DNA of 64,000 nucleotides from Auanema rhodensis (Eukaryota > Animalia > Nematoda): positions 3,410,001 to 3,474,000 of the forward strand of contig OZ059897.1 in the NCBI GenBank assembly GCA_964057225.1, given 5' to 3'. The notes beneath the pieces are model-generated. The model was not told the origin of the DNA. It worked only from the letters and a program-made list of their open reading frames with translations, and made no database searches. The first letter of the stretch is position 1, and each line of letters starts with the position of its first letter. Shown here piece after piece: positions 24,001 to 36,300 of this stretch. A program made the position numbers and the translations under genes.

Positions 24001-27000
24001 GTGTACATGGGAACTCAACATACACTAATGCATTATTTTTCAAACGATCATAACTAATTTTTGTATAAAGCGTTTCTTAATGTAGTATAGTGCATTCGAT
24101 GCGGATTTTTAAGCTGCGTCGATCTGTGTTATCAGATTTGAGTTAGCTTAAAAATGCACCGAGATATCAACAGATATATGTTCACACTTATATCCTCGAT
24201 TTTCACCCTGAAGAAATGATTTTTTCGTTGAAGAAACATTGTCCATCGTCTTTGCCTTGAAAAAAGGAATCTAAAAACATCTACTTTTTGTGAAATTATT
24301 TAGAAATTTTTCGGGAAAATTTTTGTCAAAATGTTTTTGGAAGCAATGTTGAGTGTACATGGGAACTCAACATACACTAATGCATTATTTTTCAAACGAT
24401 CATAACTAATTTTTGTATAAAGCGTTTCTTAATGTAGTATAGTGCATTCGATGCGGATTTTTAAGCTGCGTCGATCTGTGTTATCAGATTTGAGTTAGCT
24501 TAAAAATGCACCGAGATATCAACAGATATATGTTCACACTTATATCCTCGATTTTCACCCTGAAGAAATGATTTTTTCGTTGAAGAAACATTGTCCATCG
24601 TCTTTGCCTTGAAAAAAGGAATCTAAAAACATCTACTTTTTGTGAAATTATTTAGAAATTTTTCGGGAAAATTTTTGTCAAAATGTTTTTGGAAGCAATG
24701 TTGAGTGTACATGGGAACTCAGCATACACTAATGCATTATTTTTCAAACGATAATAACTAATTTTTGTATAGAGCGTTTCTTAATGTAGTAAAGTGCATT
24801 CGATGCGGATTTTTAAGTGGCGTTGATCTTTGTTATCAGATTTGAGTTAGCTTAAAAATGCACCGAGATATCAACTGATATATGTTCACACTTATATCCT
24901 CGATTTTCACCCTGAAGAAATGATTTTTTCGTTGAATAACATTGTCCATCATCTTCGTCTTGAAAAAAGGAATCTAAAAACATCTACTTTTTGTGAAATT
25001 ATTTAGAAATTTTTCGGGAAAATTTTTGTCAAAATGTTTTTGGAAGCAATGTTGAGTGTACATGGGAACTCAACATACACTAATGCATTATTTTTCAAAC
25101 GATCATAACTAATTTTTGTAAATAGCGTTTCTCGATGTAGTATAGTGCATTCGATGCGGATTTTTAAGCTGCGTCGATCTGTGTTATCCGATTTGAGCTA
25201 GCTTGAAAATGTACCGAGATATCAACTGATATATGTTCACACTTATATCCTCGATTTTCACCCTGAAGAATTTATTTTTTCGTTGAATAACATTGTCCAT
25301 CGTCTTCTCCTTGAAAGAAGGAATCTAAAAACATCTACTTTTTGTGAAATTATTTAGAAATTTTTCGGGAAAATTTTTGTCAAAATGTTTTTGGAAGCAA
25401 TGTTGAGTGTACATGGGAACTCAGCATACACTAATGCATTATTTTTCAAACGATAATAACTAATTTTTGTATAGAGCGTTTCTTAATGTAGTAAAGTGCA
25501 TTCGATGCGGATTTTTAAGTTGCGTTGATCTTTGTTATCAGATTTGAGTTAGCTTAAAAATGCACCGAGATATCAACTGATATATGTTCACACTTATATC
25601 CTTGATTTTCACCCTGAAGAAATGATTTTTTGGTTGAAAAACATTGTCCATCGTCTTCGTCTTGAAAAAAGGAATCTAAAAACATCTACTTTTTGTGAAA
25701 TTATTTAGAAATTTTTCGGGAAAATTTTTGTCAAAATGTTTTTGGAAGCAATGTTGAGTGTACATGGGAACTCAACATACACTAATGCATTATTTTTCAA
25801 ACGATCATAACTAATTTTTGTATAAAGCGTTTCTTAATGTAGTATAGTGCATTCGATGCGGATTTTTAAGCTGCGTCGATCTGTGTTATCAGATTTGAGT
25901 TAGCTTAAAAATGCACCGAGATATCAACAGATATATGTTCACACTTATATCCTCGATTTTCACCCTGAAGAAATGATTTTTTCGTTGAAGAAACATTGTC
26001 CATCGTCTTTGCCTTGAAAAAAGGAATCTAAAAACATCTACTTTTTGTGAAATTATTTAGAAATTTTTCGGGAAAATTTTTGTCAAAATGTTTTTGGAAG
26101 CAATGTTGAGTGTACATGGGAACTCAACATACACTAATGCATTATTTTTCAAACGATCATAACTAATTTTTGTATAAAGCGTTTCTTAATGTAGTATAGT
26201 GCATTCGATGCGGATTTTTAAGCTGCGTCGATCTGTGTTATCAGATTTGAGTTAGCTTAAAAATGCACCGAGATATCAACAGATATATGTTCACACTTAT
26301 ATCCTCGATTTTCACCCTGAAGAAATGATTTTTTCGTTGAAGAAACATTGTCCATCGTCTTTGCCTTGAAAAAAGGAATCTAAAAACATCTACTTTTTGT
26401 GAAATTATTTAGAAATTTTTCGGGAAAATTTTTGTCAAAATGTTTTTGGAAGCAATGTTGAGTGTACATGGGAACTCAGCATACACTAATGCATTATTTT
26501 TCAAACGATAATAACTAATTTTTGTATAGAGCGTTTCTTAATGTAGTAAAGTGCATTCGATGCGGATTTTTAAGTGGCGTTGATCTTTGTTATCAGATTT
26601 GAGTTAGCTTAAAAATGCACCGAGATATCAACTGATATATGTTCACACTTATATCCTCGATTTTCACCCTGAAGAAATGATTTTTTCGTTGAATAACATT
26701 GTCCATCATCTTCGTCTTGAAAAAAGGAATCTAAAAACATCTACTTTTTGTGAAATTATTTAGAAATTTTTCGGGAAAATTTTTGTCAAAATGTTTTTGG
26801 AAGCAATGTTGAGTGTACATGGGAACTCAACATACACTAATGCATTATTTTTCAAACGATCATAACTAATTTTTGTAAATAGCGTTTCTCGATGTAGTAT
26901 AGTGCATTCGATGCGGATTTTTAAGCTGCGTCGATCTGTGTTATCCGATTTGAGCTAGCTTGAAAATGTACCGAGATATCAACTGATATATGTTCACACT

Positions 27001-28450
27001 TATATCCTCGATTTTCACCCTGAAGAATTTATTTTTTCGTTGAATAACATTGTCCATCGTCTTCTCCTTGAAAGAAGGAATCTAAAAACATCTACTTTTT
27101 GTGAAATTATTTAGAAATTTTTCGGGAAAATTTTTGTCAAAATGTTTTTGGAAGCAATGTTGAGTGTACATGGGAACTCAGCATACACTAATGCATTATT
27201 TTTCAAACGATAATAACTAATTTTTGTATAGAGCGTTTCTTAATGTAGTAAAGTGCATTCGATGCGGATTTTTAAGTTGCGTTGATCTTTGTTATCAGAT
27301 TTGAGTTAGATTAAAAATGCACCGAGTTATCAACTGATATATGTTCACACTTATATCCTTGATTTTCACCCTGAAGAAATGATTTTTTGGTTGAAAAACA
27401 TTGTCCATCGTCTTCGTCTTGAAAAAAGGAATCTAAAAACATCTACTTTTTGTGAAATTATTTAGAAATTTTTCGGGAAAATTTTTGTCAAAATGTTTTT
27501 GGAAGCAATGTTGAGTGTACATGGGAACTCAACATACACTAATGCATTATTTTTCAAACGATCATAACTAATTTTTGTATAAAGCGTTTCTTAATGTAGT
27601 ATAGTGCATTCGATGCGGATTTTTAAGCTGCGTCGATCTGTGTTATCAGATTTGAGTTAGCTTAAAAATGCACCGAGATATCAACAGATATATGTTCACA
27701 CTTATATCCTCGATTTTCACCCTGAAGAAATGATTTTTTCGTTGAAGAAACATTGTCCATCGTCTTTGCCTTGAAAAAAGGAATCTAAAAACATCTACTT
27801 TTTGTGAAATTATTTAGAAATTTTTCGGGAAAATTTTTGTCAAAATGTTTTTGGAAGCAATGTTGAGTGTACATGGGAACTCAACATACACTAATGCATT
27901 ATTTTTCAAACGATCATAACTAATTTTTGTATAAAGCGTTTCTTAATGTAGTATAGTGCATTCGATGCGGATTTTTAAGCTGCGTCGATCTGTGTTATCA
28001 GATTTGAGTTAGCTTAAAAATGCACCGAGATATCAACAGATATATGTTCACACTTATATCCTCGATTTTCACCCTGAAGAAATGATTTTTTCGTTGAAGA
28101 AACATTGTCCATCGTCTTTGCCTTGAAAAAAGGAATCTAAAAACATCTACTTTTTGTGAAATTATTTAGAAATTTTTCGGGAAAATTTTTGTCAAAATGT
28201 TTTTGGAAGCAATGTTGAGTGTACATGGGAACTCAGCATACACTAATGCATTATTTTTCAAACGATAATAACTAATTTTTGTATAGAGCGTTTCTTAATG
28301 TAGTAAAGTGCATTCGATGCGGATTTTTAAGTGGCGTTGATCTTTGTTATCAGATTTGAGTTAGCTTAAAAATGCACCGAGATATCAACTGATATATGTT
28401 CACACTTATATCCTCGATTTTCACCCTGAAGAAATGATTTTTTCGTTGAA
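23750..28450 (+). repeat. 5-monomer higher-order repeat, unit 1757 bp, about 2.7 copies
   Basis: CCTTGATT at 23843/25600/27357 and AATAGCGTTTCTCGATG at 25121/26878 give lag 1757 (5x351+2). Confidence 0.87.
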
Positions 28451-29480
28451 GAAACATTGTCCATCGTCTTTGCCTTGAAAAAAGGAATCTAAAAACATCT
28501 ACTTTTTGTGAAATTATTTAGAAATTTTTCGGGAAAATTTTTGTCAAAATGTTTTTGGAAGCAATGTTGAGTGTACATGGGAACTCAGCATACACTAATG
28601 CATTATTTTTCAAACGATAATAACTAATTTTTGTATAGAGCGTTTCTTAATGTAGTAAAGTGCATTCGATGCGGATTTTTAAGTGGCGTTGATCTTTGTT
28701 ATCAGATTTGAGTTAGCTTAAAAATGCACCGAGATATCAACTGATATATGTTCACACTTATATCCTCGATTTTCACCCTGAAGAAATGATTTTTTCGTTG
28801 AAGAAACATTGTCCATCGTCTTTGCCTTGAAAAAAGGAATCTAAAAACATCTACTTTTTGTGAAATTATTTAGAAATTTTTCGGGAAAATTTTTGTCAAA
28901 ATGTTTTTGGAAGCAATGTTGAGTGTACATGGGAACTCAGCATACACTAATGCATTATTTTTCAAACGATAATAACTAATTTTTGTATAGAGCGTTTCTT
29001 AATGTAGTAAAGTGCATTCGATGCGGATTTTTAAGTGGCGTTGATCTTTGTTATCAGATTTGAGTTAGCTTAAAAATGCACCGAGATATCAACTGATATA
29101 TGTTCACACTTATATCCTCGATTTTCACCCTGAAGAAATGATTTTTTCGTTGAAGAAACATTGTCCATCGTCTTTGCCTTGAAAAAAGGAATCTAAAAAC
29201 ATCTACTTTTTGTGAAATTATTTAGAAATTTTTCGGGAAAATTTTTGTCAAAATGTTTTTGGAAGCAATGTTGAGTGTACATGGGAACTCAGCATACACT
29301 AATGCATTATTTTTCAAACGATAATAACTAATTTTTGTATAGAGCGTTTCTTAATGTAGTAAAGTGCATTCGATGCGGATTTTTAAGTGGCGTTGATCTT
29401 TGTTATCAGATTTGAGTTAGCTTAAAAATGCACCGAGATATCAACTGATATATGTTCACACTTATATCCTCGATTTTCAC
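27720..29480 (+). repeat. Run of five consecutive 352-bp GAAGAAAC-type monomers
   Basis: GTTGAAGAAACATTG at about 27745, 28097, 28449, 28801 and 29153. The last four end in AAGTGGCGTTGATCTTTG. Confidence 0.85.
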
Positions 29481-32400
29481 CCTGAAGAAATGATTTTTTC
29501 GTTGAATAACATTGTCCATCATCTTCGTCTTGAAAAAAGGAATCTAAAAACATCTACTTTTTGTGAAATTATTTAGAAATTTTTCGGGAAAATTTTTGTC
29601 AAAATGTTTTTGGAAGCAATGTTGAGTGTACATGGGAACTCAACATACACTAATGCATTATTTTTCAAACGATCATAACTAATTTTTGTAAATAGCGTTT
29701 CTCGATGTAGTATAGTGCATTCGATGCGGATTTTTAAGCTGCGTTGATCTGTGTTATCAGATTTGAGTTAACTTAAAAATGCACCGAGATATCAACTGAT
29801 ATAGGTTCACACGTATATCCTCGATTTTCACCCTGAAGAAATGATTTTTTCGTTGAAAAACATTGTCCATCGTCTTCGTCATGAAAAAAGGAATCTAAAA
29901 ACATCTACTTTTTGTGAAATTATTCAGAAAATTTTCGGGAAAATTTTTGTCAAAATGTTTTTGGAAGCAATGTTGAGTGTACATGGGAACTCAACATACA
30001 CTAATGAATTATTTTTCAAACGATCATAACTTATTTTTGTTTAGAGCGTTTCTCAATGTAGTATAGTGCATTCGATGCGGATTTTTAAGCTGCGTTGATC
30101 TGTGTTATCCGATTTGAGCTAGCTTGAAAATGTACCGAGATATCAACTGATATATGTTCACACTTATATCTTCGATTTTCACCCTGAAGAATTTATTTTT
30201 TCGTTGAATAACATTGTCCATCGTCTTCGCCTTGAAAGAAGGAATCTAAAAACATCTACTTTTTGTGAAATTATTTAGAAATTTTTCGGGAAAATTTTTG
30301 TCAAAATGTTTTTGGAAGCAATGTTGAGTGTACATGGGAACTCAGCATACACTAATGCATTATTTTTCAAACGATAATAACTAATTTTTGTATAGAGCGT
30401 TTCTCAATGTAGTATAGTGCATTCGATGCGAATTTTTAAGTTGCGTTGATCTGTGTTATCAGATTTGAGTTAGCTTAAAAATGCACCGAGATATCAACTG
30501 ATATATGTTCACACTTATATCCTCGATTTTCACCCTGAAGAAATGATTTTTTCGTTGAAAAAACATTGTCCATCGTCTTTGCCTTGAAAAAAGGAATCTA
30601 AAAACATCTACTTTTTGTGAATTTATTCAGAAATTTTTCGGGAAAATTTTTGTCAAAATGTTTTTGGAAGCAATGTTGAGTGTACATGGGAACTCAACAT
30701 ACACTAATGCATTATTTTTCAAACGATCATAACTTATTTTTGTATAGAGCTTTTCTCAATGTAGTATAGTGCATTCGATGCGGATTTTTAAGCTGCGTCG
30801 ATCTGTGTTATCCGATTTGAGCTAGCTTAAAAATGCACCGAGATATCAACTGATATATGTTCACACTTATATCCTCGATTTTCACCCTGAAGAAATGATT
30901 TTTTGGTTGAAAAACATTGTCCATCGTCTTCGTCTTGAAAAAAGGAATCTAAAAACATCTACTTTTTGTGAAATTATTTAGAAATTTTTCAGGAAAATTT
31001 TTGTCAAAATGTTTTTGGAAGCAATGTTGAGTGTACATGGGAACTCAACATACACTAATGCATTATTTTTCAAACGATCATAACTAATTTTTGTATAAAG
31101 CGTTTCTTAATGTAGTATAGTGCATTCGATGCGGATTTTTAAGCTGCGTCGATCTGTGTTATCAGATTTGAGTTAGCTTAAAAATGCACCGAGATATCAA
31201 CAGATATATGTTCACACTTATATCCTCGATTTTCACCCTGAAGAAATGATTTTTTCGTTGAAGAAACATTGTCCATCGTCTTTGCCTTGAAAAAAGGAAT
31301 CTAAAAACATCTACTTTTTGTGAAATTATTTAGAAATTTTTCGGGAAAATTTTTGTCAAAATGTTTTTGGAAGCAATGTTGAGTGTACATGGGAACTCAG
31401 CATACACTAATGCATTATTTTTCAAACGATAATAACTAATTTTTGTATAGAGCGTTTCTTAATGTAGTAAAGTGCATTCGATGCGGATTTTTAAGTGGCG
31501 TTGATCTTTGTTATCAGATTTGAGTTAGCTTAAAAATGCACCGAGATATCAACTGATATATGTTCACACTTATATCCTCGATTTTCACCCTGAAGAAATG
31601 ATTTTTTCGTTGAAGAAACATTGTCCATCGTCTTTGCCTTGAAAAAAGGAATCTAAAAACATCTACTTTTTGTGAAATTATTTAGAAATTTTTCGGGAAA
31701 ATTTTTGTCAAAATGTTTTTGGAAGCAATGTTGAGTGTACATGGGAACTCAGCATACACTAATGCATTATTTTTCAAACGATAATAACTAATTTTTGTAT
31801 AGAGCGTTTCTTAATGTAGTGAAGTGCATTCGATGCGGATTTTTAAGTGGCGTTGATCTTTGTTATCAGATTTGAGTTAGCTTAAAAATGCACCGAGATA
31901 TCAACTGATATATGTTCACACTTATATCCTCGATTTTCACCCTGAAGAAATGATTTTTTCGTTGAATAACATTGTCCATCATCTTCGTCTTGAAAAAAGG
32001 AATCTAAAAACATCTACTTTTTGTGAAATTATTTAGAAATTTTTCGGGAAAATTTTTGTCAAAATGTTTTTGGAAGCAATGTTGAGTGTACATGGGAACT
32101 CAGCATACACTAATGCATTATTTTTCAAACGATAATAACTAATTTTTGTATAGAGCGTTTCTTAATGTAGTGAAGTGCATTCGATGCGGATTTTTAAGTG
32201 GCGTTGATCTTTGTTATCAGATTTGAGTTAGCTTAAAAATGCACCGAGATATCAACTGATATATGTTCACACTTATATCCTCGATTTTCACCCTGAAGAA
32301 ATGATTTTTTCGTTGAATAACATTGTCCATCATCTTCGTCTTGAAAAAAGGAATCTAAAAACATCTACTTTTTGTGAAATTATTTAGAAATTTTTCGGGA

Positions 32401-33640
32401 AAATTTTTGTCAAAATGTTTTTGGAAGCAATGTTGAGTGTACATGGGAACTCAACATACACTAATGCATTATTTTTCAAACGATCATAACTAATTTTTGT
32501 AAATAGCGTTTCTCGATGTAGTATAGTGCATTCGATGCGGATTTTTAAGCTGCGTTGATCTGTGTTATCAGATTTGAGTTAACTTAAAAATGCACCGAGA
32601 TATCAACTGATATAGGTTCACACGTATATCCTCGATTTTCACCCTGAAGAAATGATTTTTTCGTTGAAAAACATTGTCCATCGTCTTCGTCATGAAAAAA
32701 GGAATCTAAAAACATCTACTTTTTGTGAAATTATTCAGAAAATTTTCGGGAAAATTTTTGTCAAAATGTTTTTGGAAGCAATGTTGAGTGTACATGGGAA
32801 CTCAACATACACTAATGAATTATTTTTCAAACGATCATAACTTATTTTTGTTTAGAGCGTTTCTCAATGTAGTATAGTGCATTCGATGCGGATTTTTAAG
32901 CTGCGTTGATCTGTGTTATCCGATTTGAGCTAGCTTGAAAATGTACCGAGATATCAACTGATATATGTTCACACTTATATCTTCGATTTTCACCCTGAAG
33001 AATTTATTTTTTCGTTGAATAACATTGTCCATCGTCTTCGCCTTGAAAGAAGGAATCTAAAAACATCTACTTTTTGTGAAATTATTTAGAAATTTTTCGG
33101 GAAAATTTTTGTCAAAATGTTTTTGGAAGCAATGTTGAGTGTACATGGGAACTCAGCATACACTAATGCATTATTTTTCAAACGATAATAACTAATTTTT
33201 GTATAGAGCGTTTCTCAATGTAGTATAGTGCATTCGATGCGAATTTTTAAGTTGCGTTGATCTGTGTTATCAGATTTGAGTTAGCTTAAAAATGCACCGA
33301 GATATCAACTGATATATGTTCACACTTATATCCTCGATTTTCACCCTGAAGAAATGATTTTTTCGTTGAAAAAACATTGTCCATCGTCTTTGCCTTGAAA
33401 AAAGGAATCTAAAAACATCTACTTTTTGTGAATTTATTCAGAAATTTTTCGGGAAAATTTTTGTCAAAATGTTTTTGGAAGCAATGTTGAGTGTACATGG
33501 GAACTCAACATACACTAATGCATTATTTTTCAAACGATCATAACTTATTTTTGTATAGAGCTTTTCTCAATGTAGTATAGTGCATTCGATGCGGATTTTT
33601 AAGCTGCGTCGATCTGTGTTATCCGATTTGAGCTAGCTTG
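29480..33640 (+). repeat. Block duplicated at lag 2811 bp (8 monomers), partial
   Basis: The ORF pair 29841/32652 and the variants AATGAATT, ATCTTCGA, GCGAATTTTT and GTGAATTT recur at +2811. Confidence 0.78.
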
Positions 33641-36300
33641 AAAATGTACCGAGATATCAACTGATATATGTTCACACTTATATCCTCGATTTTCACCCTG
33701 AAGAATTTATTTTTTCGTTGAATAACATTGTCCATCGTCTTCTCCTTGAAAGAAGGAATCTAAAAACATCTACTTTTTGTGAAATTATTTAGAAATTTTT
33801 CGGGAAAATTTTTGTCAAAATGTTTTTGGAAGCAATGTTGAGTGTACATGGGAACTCAGCATACACTAATGCATTATTTTTCAAACGATAATAACTAATT
33901 TTTGTATAGAGCGTTTCTTAATGTAGTAAAGTGCATTCGATGCGGATTTTTAAGAGATATCAACTGATATATGTTCACACTTATATCCTCGATTTTCACC
34001 CTGAAGAAATGATTTTTTCGTTGAAAAAACATTGTCCATCGTCTTTGCCTTGAAAAAAGGAATCTAAAAACATCTACTTTTTGTGAAATTATTCAGAAAT
34101 TTTTCGGGAAAATTTTTGTCAAAATGTTTTTGGAAGCAATGTTGAGTGTACATGGGAACTCAACATACACTAATGCATTATTTTTCAAACGATCATAACT
34201 TATTTTTGTATAGAGCGTTTCTCAATGTAGTAAAGTGCATTCGATGCGGATTTTTAAGCTGCGTCGATCTGTGTTATCCGATTTGAGCTAGCTTGAAAAT
34301 GTACCGAGATATCAACTGATATATGTTCACACTTATATCCTCGATTTTCACCCTGAAGAATTTATTTTTTCGTTGAAAAACATTGTCCATCGTCTTCGTC
34401 TTGAAAAAAGGAATCTAAAAACATCTACTTTTTGTGAAATTATTTAGAAATTTTTCAGGAAAATTTTTGTCAAAATGTTTTTGGAAGCAATGTTGAGTGT
34501 ACATGGGAACTCAACATACACTAATGCATTATTTTTCAAACGATCATAACTAATTTTTGTATAAAGCGTTTCTTAATGTAGTATAGTGCATTCGATGCGA
34601 ATTTTTAAGTTGCGTTGATCTGTGTTATCAGATTTGAGTTAGCTTAAAAATGCACCGAGATATCAACTGATATATGTTCACACTTATATCCTCGATTTTC
34701 ACCCTGAAGAAATGATTTTTTCGTTGAATAACATTGTCCATCGTCTTCGCCTTGAAAGAAGGAATCTAAAAACATCTACTTTTTGTGAAATTATTTAGAA
34801 ATTTTTCGGGAAAATTTTTGTCAAAATGTTTTTGGAAGCAATGTTGAGTGTACATGGGAACTCAGCATACACTAATGCATTATTTTTCAAACGATAATAA
34901 CTAATTTTTGTATAGAGCGTTTCTCAATGTAGTATAGTGCATTCGATGCGAATTTTTAAGTTGCGTTGATCTGTGTTATCAGATTTGAGTTAGCTTAAAA
35001 ATGCACCGAGATATCAACTGATATATGTTCACACTTATATCCTCGATTTTCACCCTGAAGAAATGATTTTTTCGTTGAAAAAACATTGTCCATCGTCTTT
35101 GCCTTGAAAAAAGGAATCTAAAAACATCTACTTTTTGTGAATTTATTCAGAAATTTTTCGGGAAAATTTTTGTCAAAATGTTTTTGGAAGCAATGTTGAG
35201 TGTACATGGGAACTCAACATACACTAATGCATTATTTTTCAAACGATCATAACTTATTTTTGTATAGAGCTTTTCTCAATGTAGTATAGTGCATTCGATG
35301 CGGATTTTTAAGCTGCGTCGATCTGTGTTATCCGATTTGAGCTAGCTTGAAAATGTACCGAGATATCAACTGATATATGTTCACACTTATATCCTCGATT
35401 TTCACCCTGAAGAATTTATTTTTTCGTTGAATAACATTGTCCATCGTCTTCTCCTTGAAAGAAGGAATCTAAAAACATCTACTTTTTGTGAAATTATTTA
35501 GAAATTTTTCGGGAAAATTTTTGTCAAAATGTTTTTGGAAGCAATGTTGAGTGTACATGGGAACTCAGCATACACTAATGCATTATTTTTCAAACGATAA
35601 TAACTAATTTTTGTATAGAGCGTTTCTTAATGTAGTAAAGTGCATTCGATGCGGATTTTTAAGAGATATCAACTGATATATGTTCACACTTATATCCTCG
35701 ATTTTCACCCTGAAGAAATGATTTTTTCGTTGAAAAAACATTGTCCATCGTCTTTGCCTTGAAAAAAGGAATCTAAAAACATCTACTTTTTGTGAAATTA
35801 TTCAGAAATTTTTCGGGAAAATTTTTGTCAAAATGTTTTTGGAAGCAATGTTGAGTGTACATGGGAACTCAACATACACTAATGCATTATTTTTCAAACG
35901 ATCATAACTTATTTTTGTATAGAGCGTTTCTCAATGTAGTAAAGTGCATTCGATGCGGATTTTTAAGCTGCGTCGATCTGTGTTATCCGATTTGAGCTAG
36001 CTTGAAAATGTACCGAGATATCAACTGATATATGTTCACACTTATATCCTCGATTTTCACCCTGAAGAATTTATTTTTTCGTTGAAAAACATTGTCCATC
36101 GTCTTCGTCTTGAAAAAAGGAATCTAAAAACATCTACTTTTTGTGAAATTATTTAGAAATTTTTCAGGAAAATTTTTGTCAAAATGTTTTTGGAAGCAAT
36201 GTTGAGTGTACATGGGAACTCAACATACACTAATGCATTATTTTTCAAACGATCATAACTAATTTTTGTATAAAGCGTTTCTTAATGTAGTATAGTGCAT
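33200..36300 (+). repeat. Local 5-monomer duplication, lag 1709 bp
   Basis: GCGAATTTTT at 33241/34950, deletion junctions 33954/35663, and the chimeric monomer at about 34361/36070. Confidence 0.8.
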
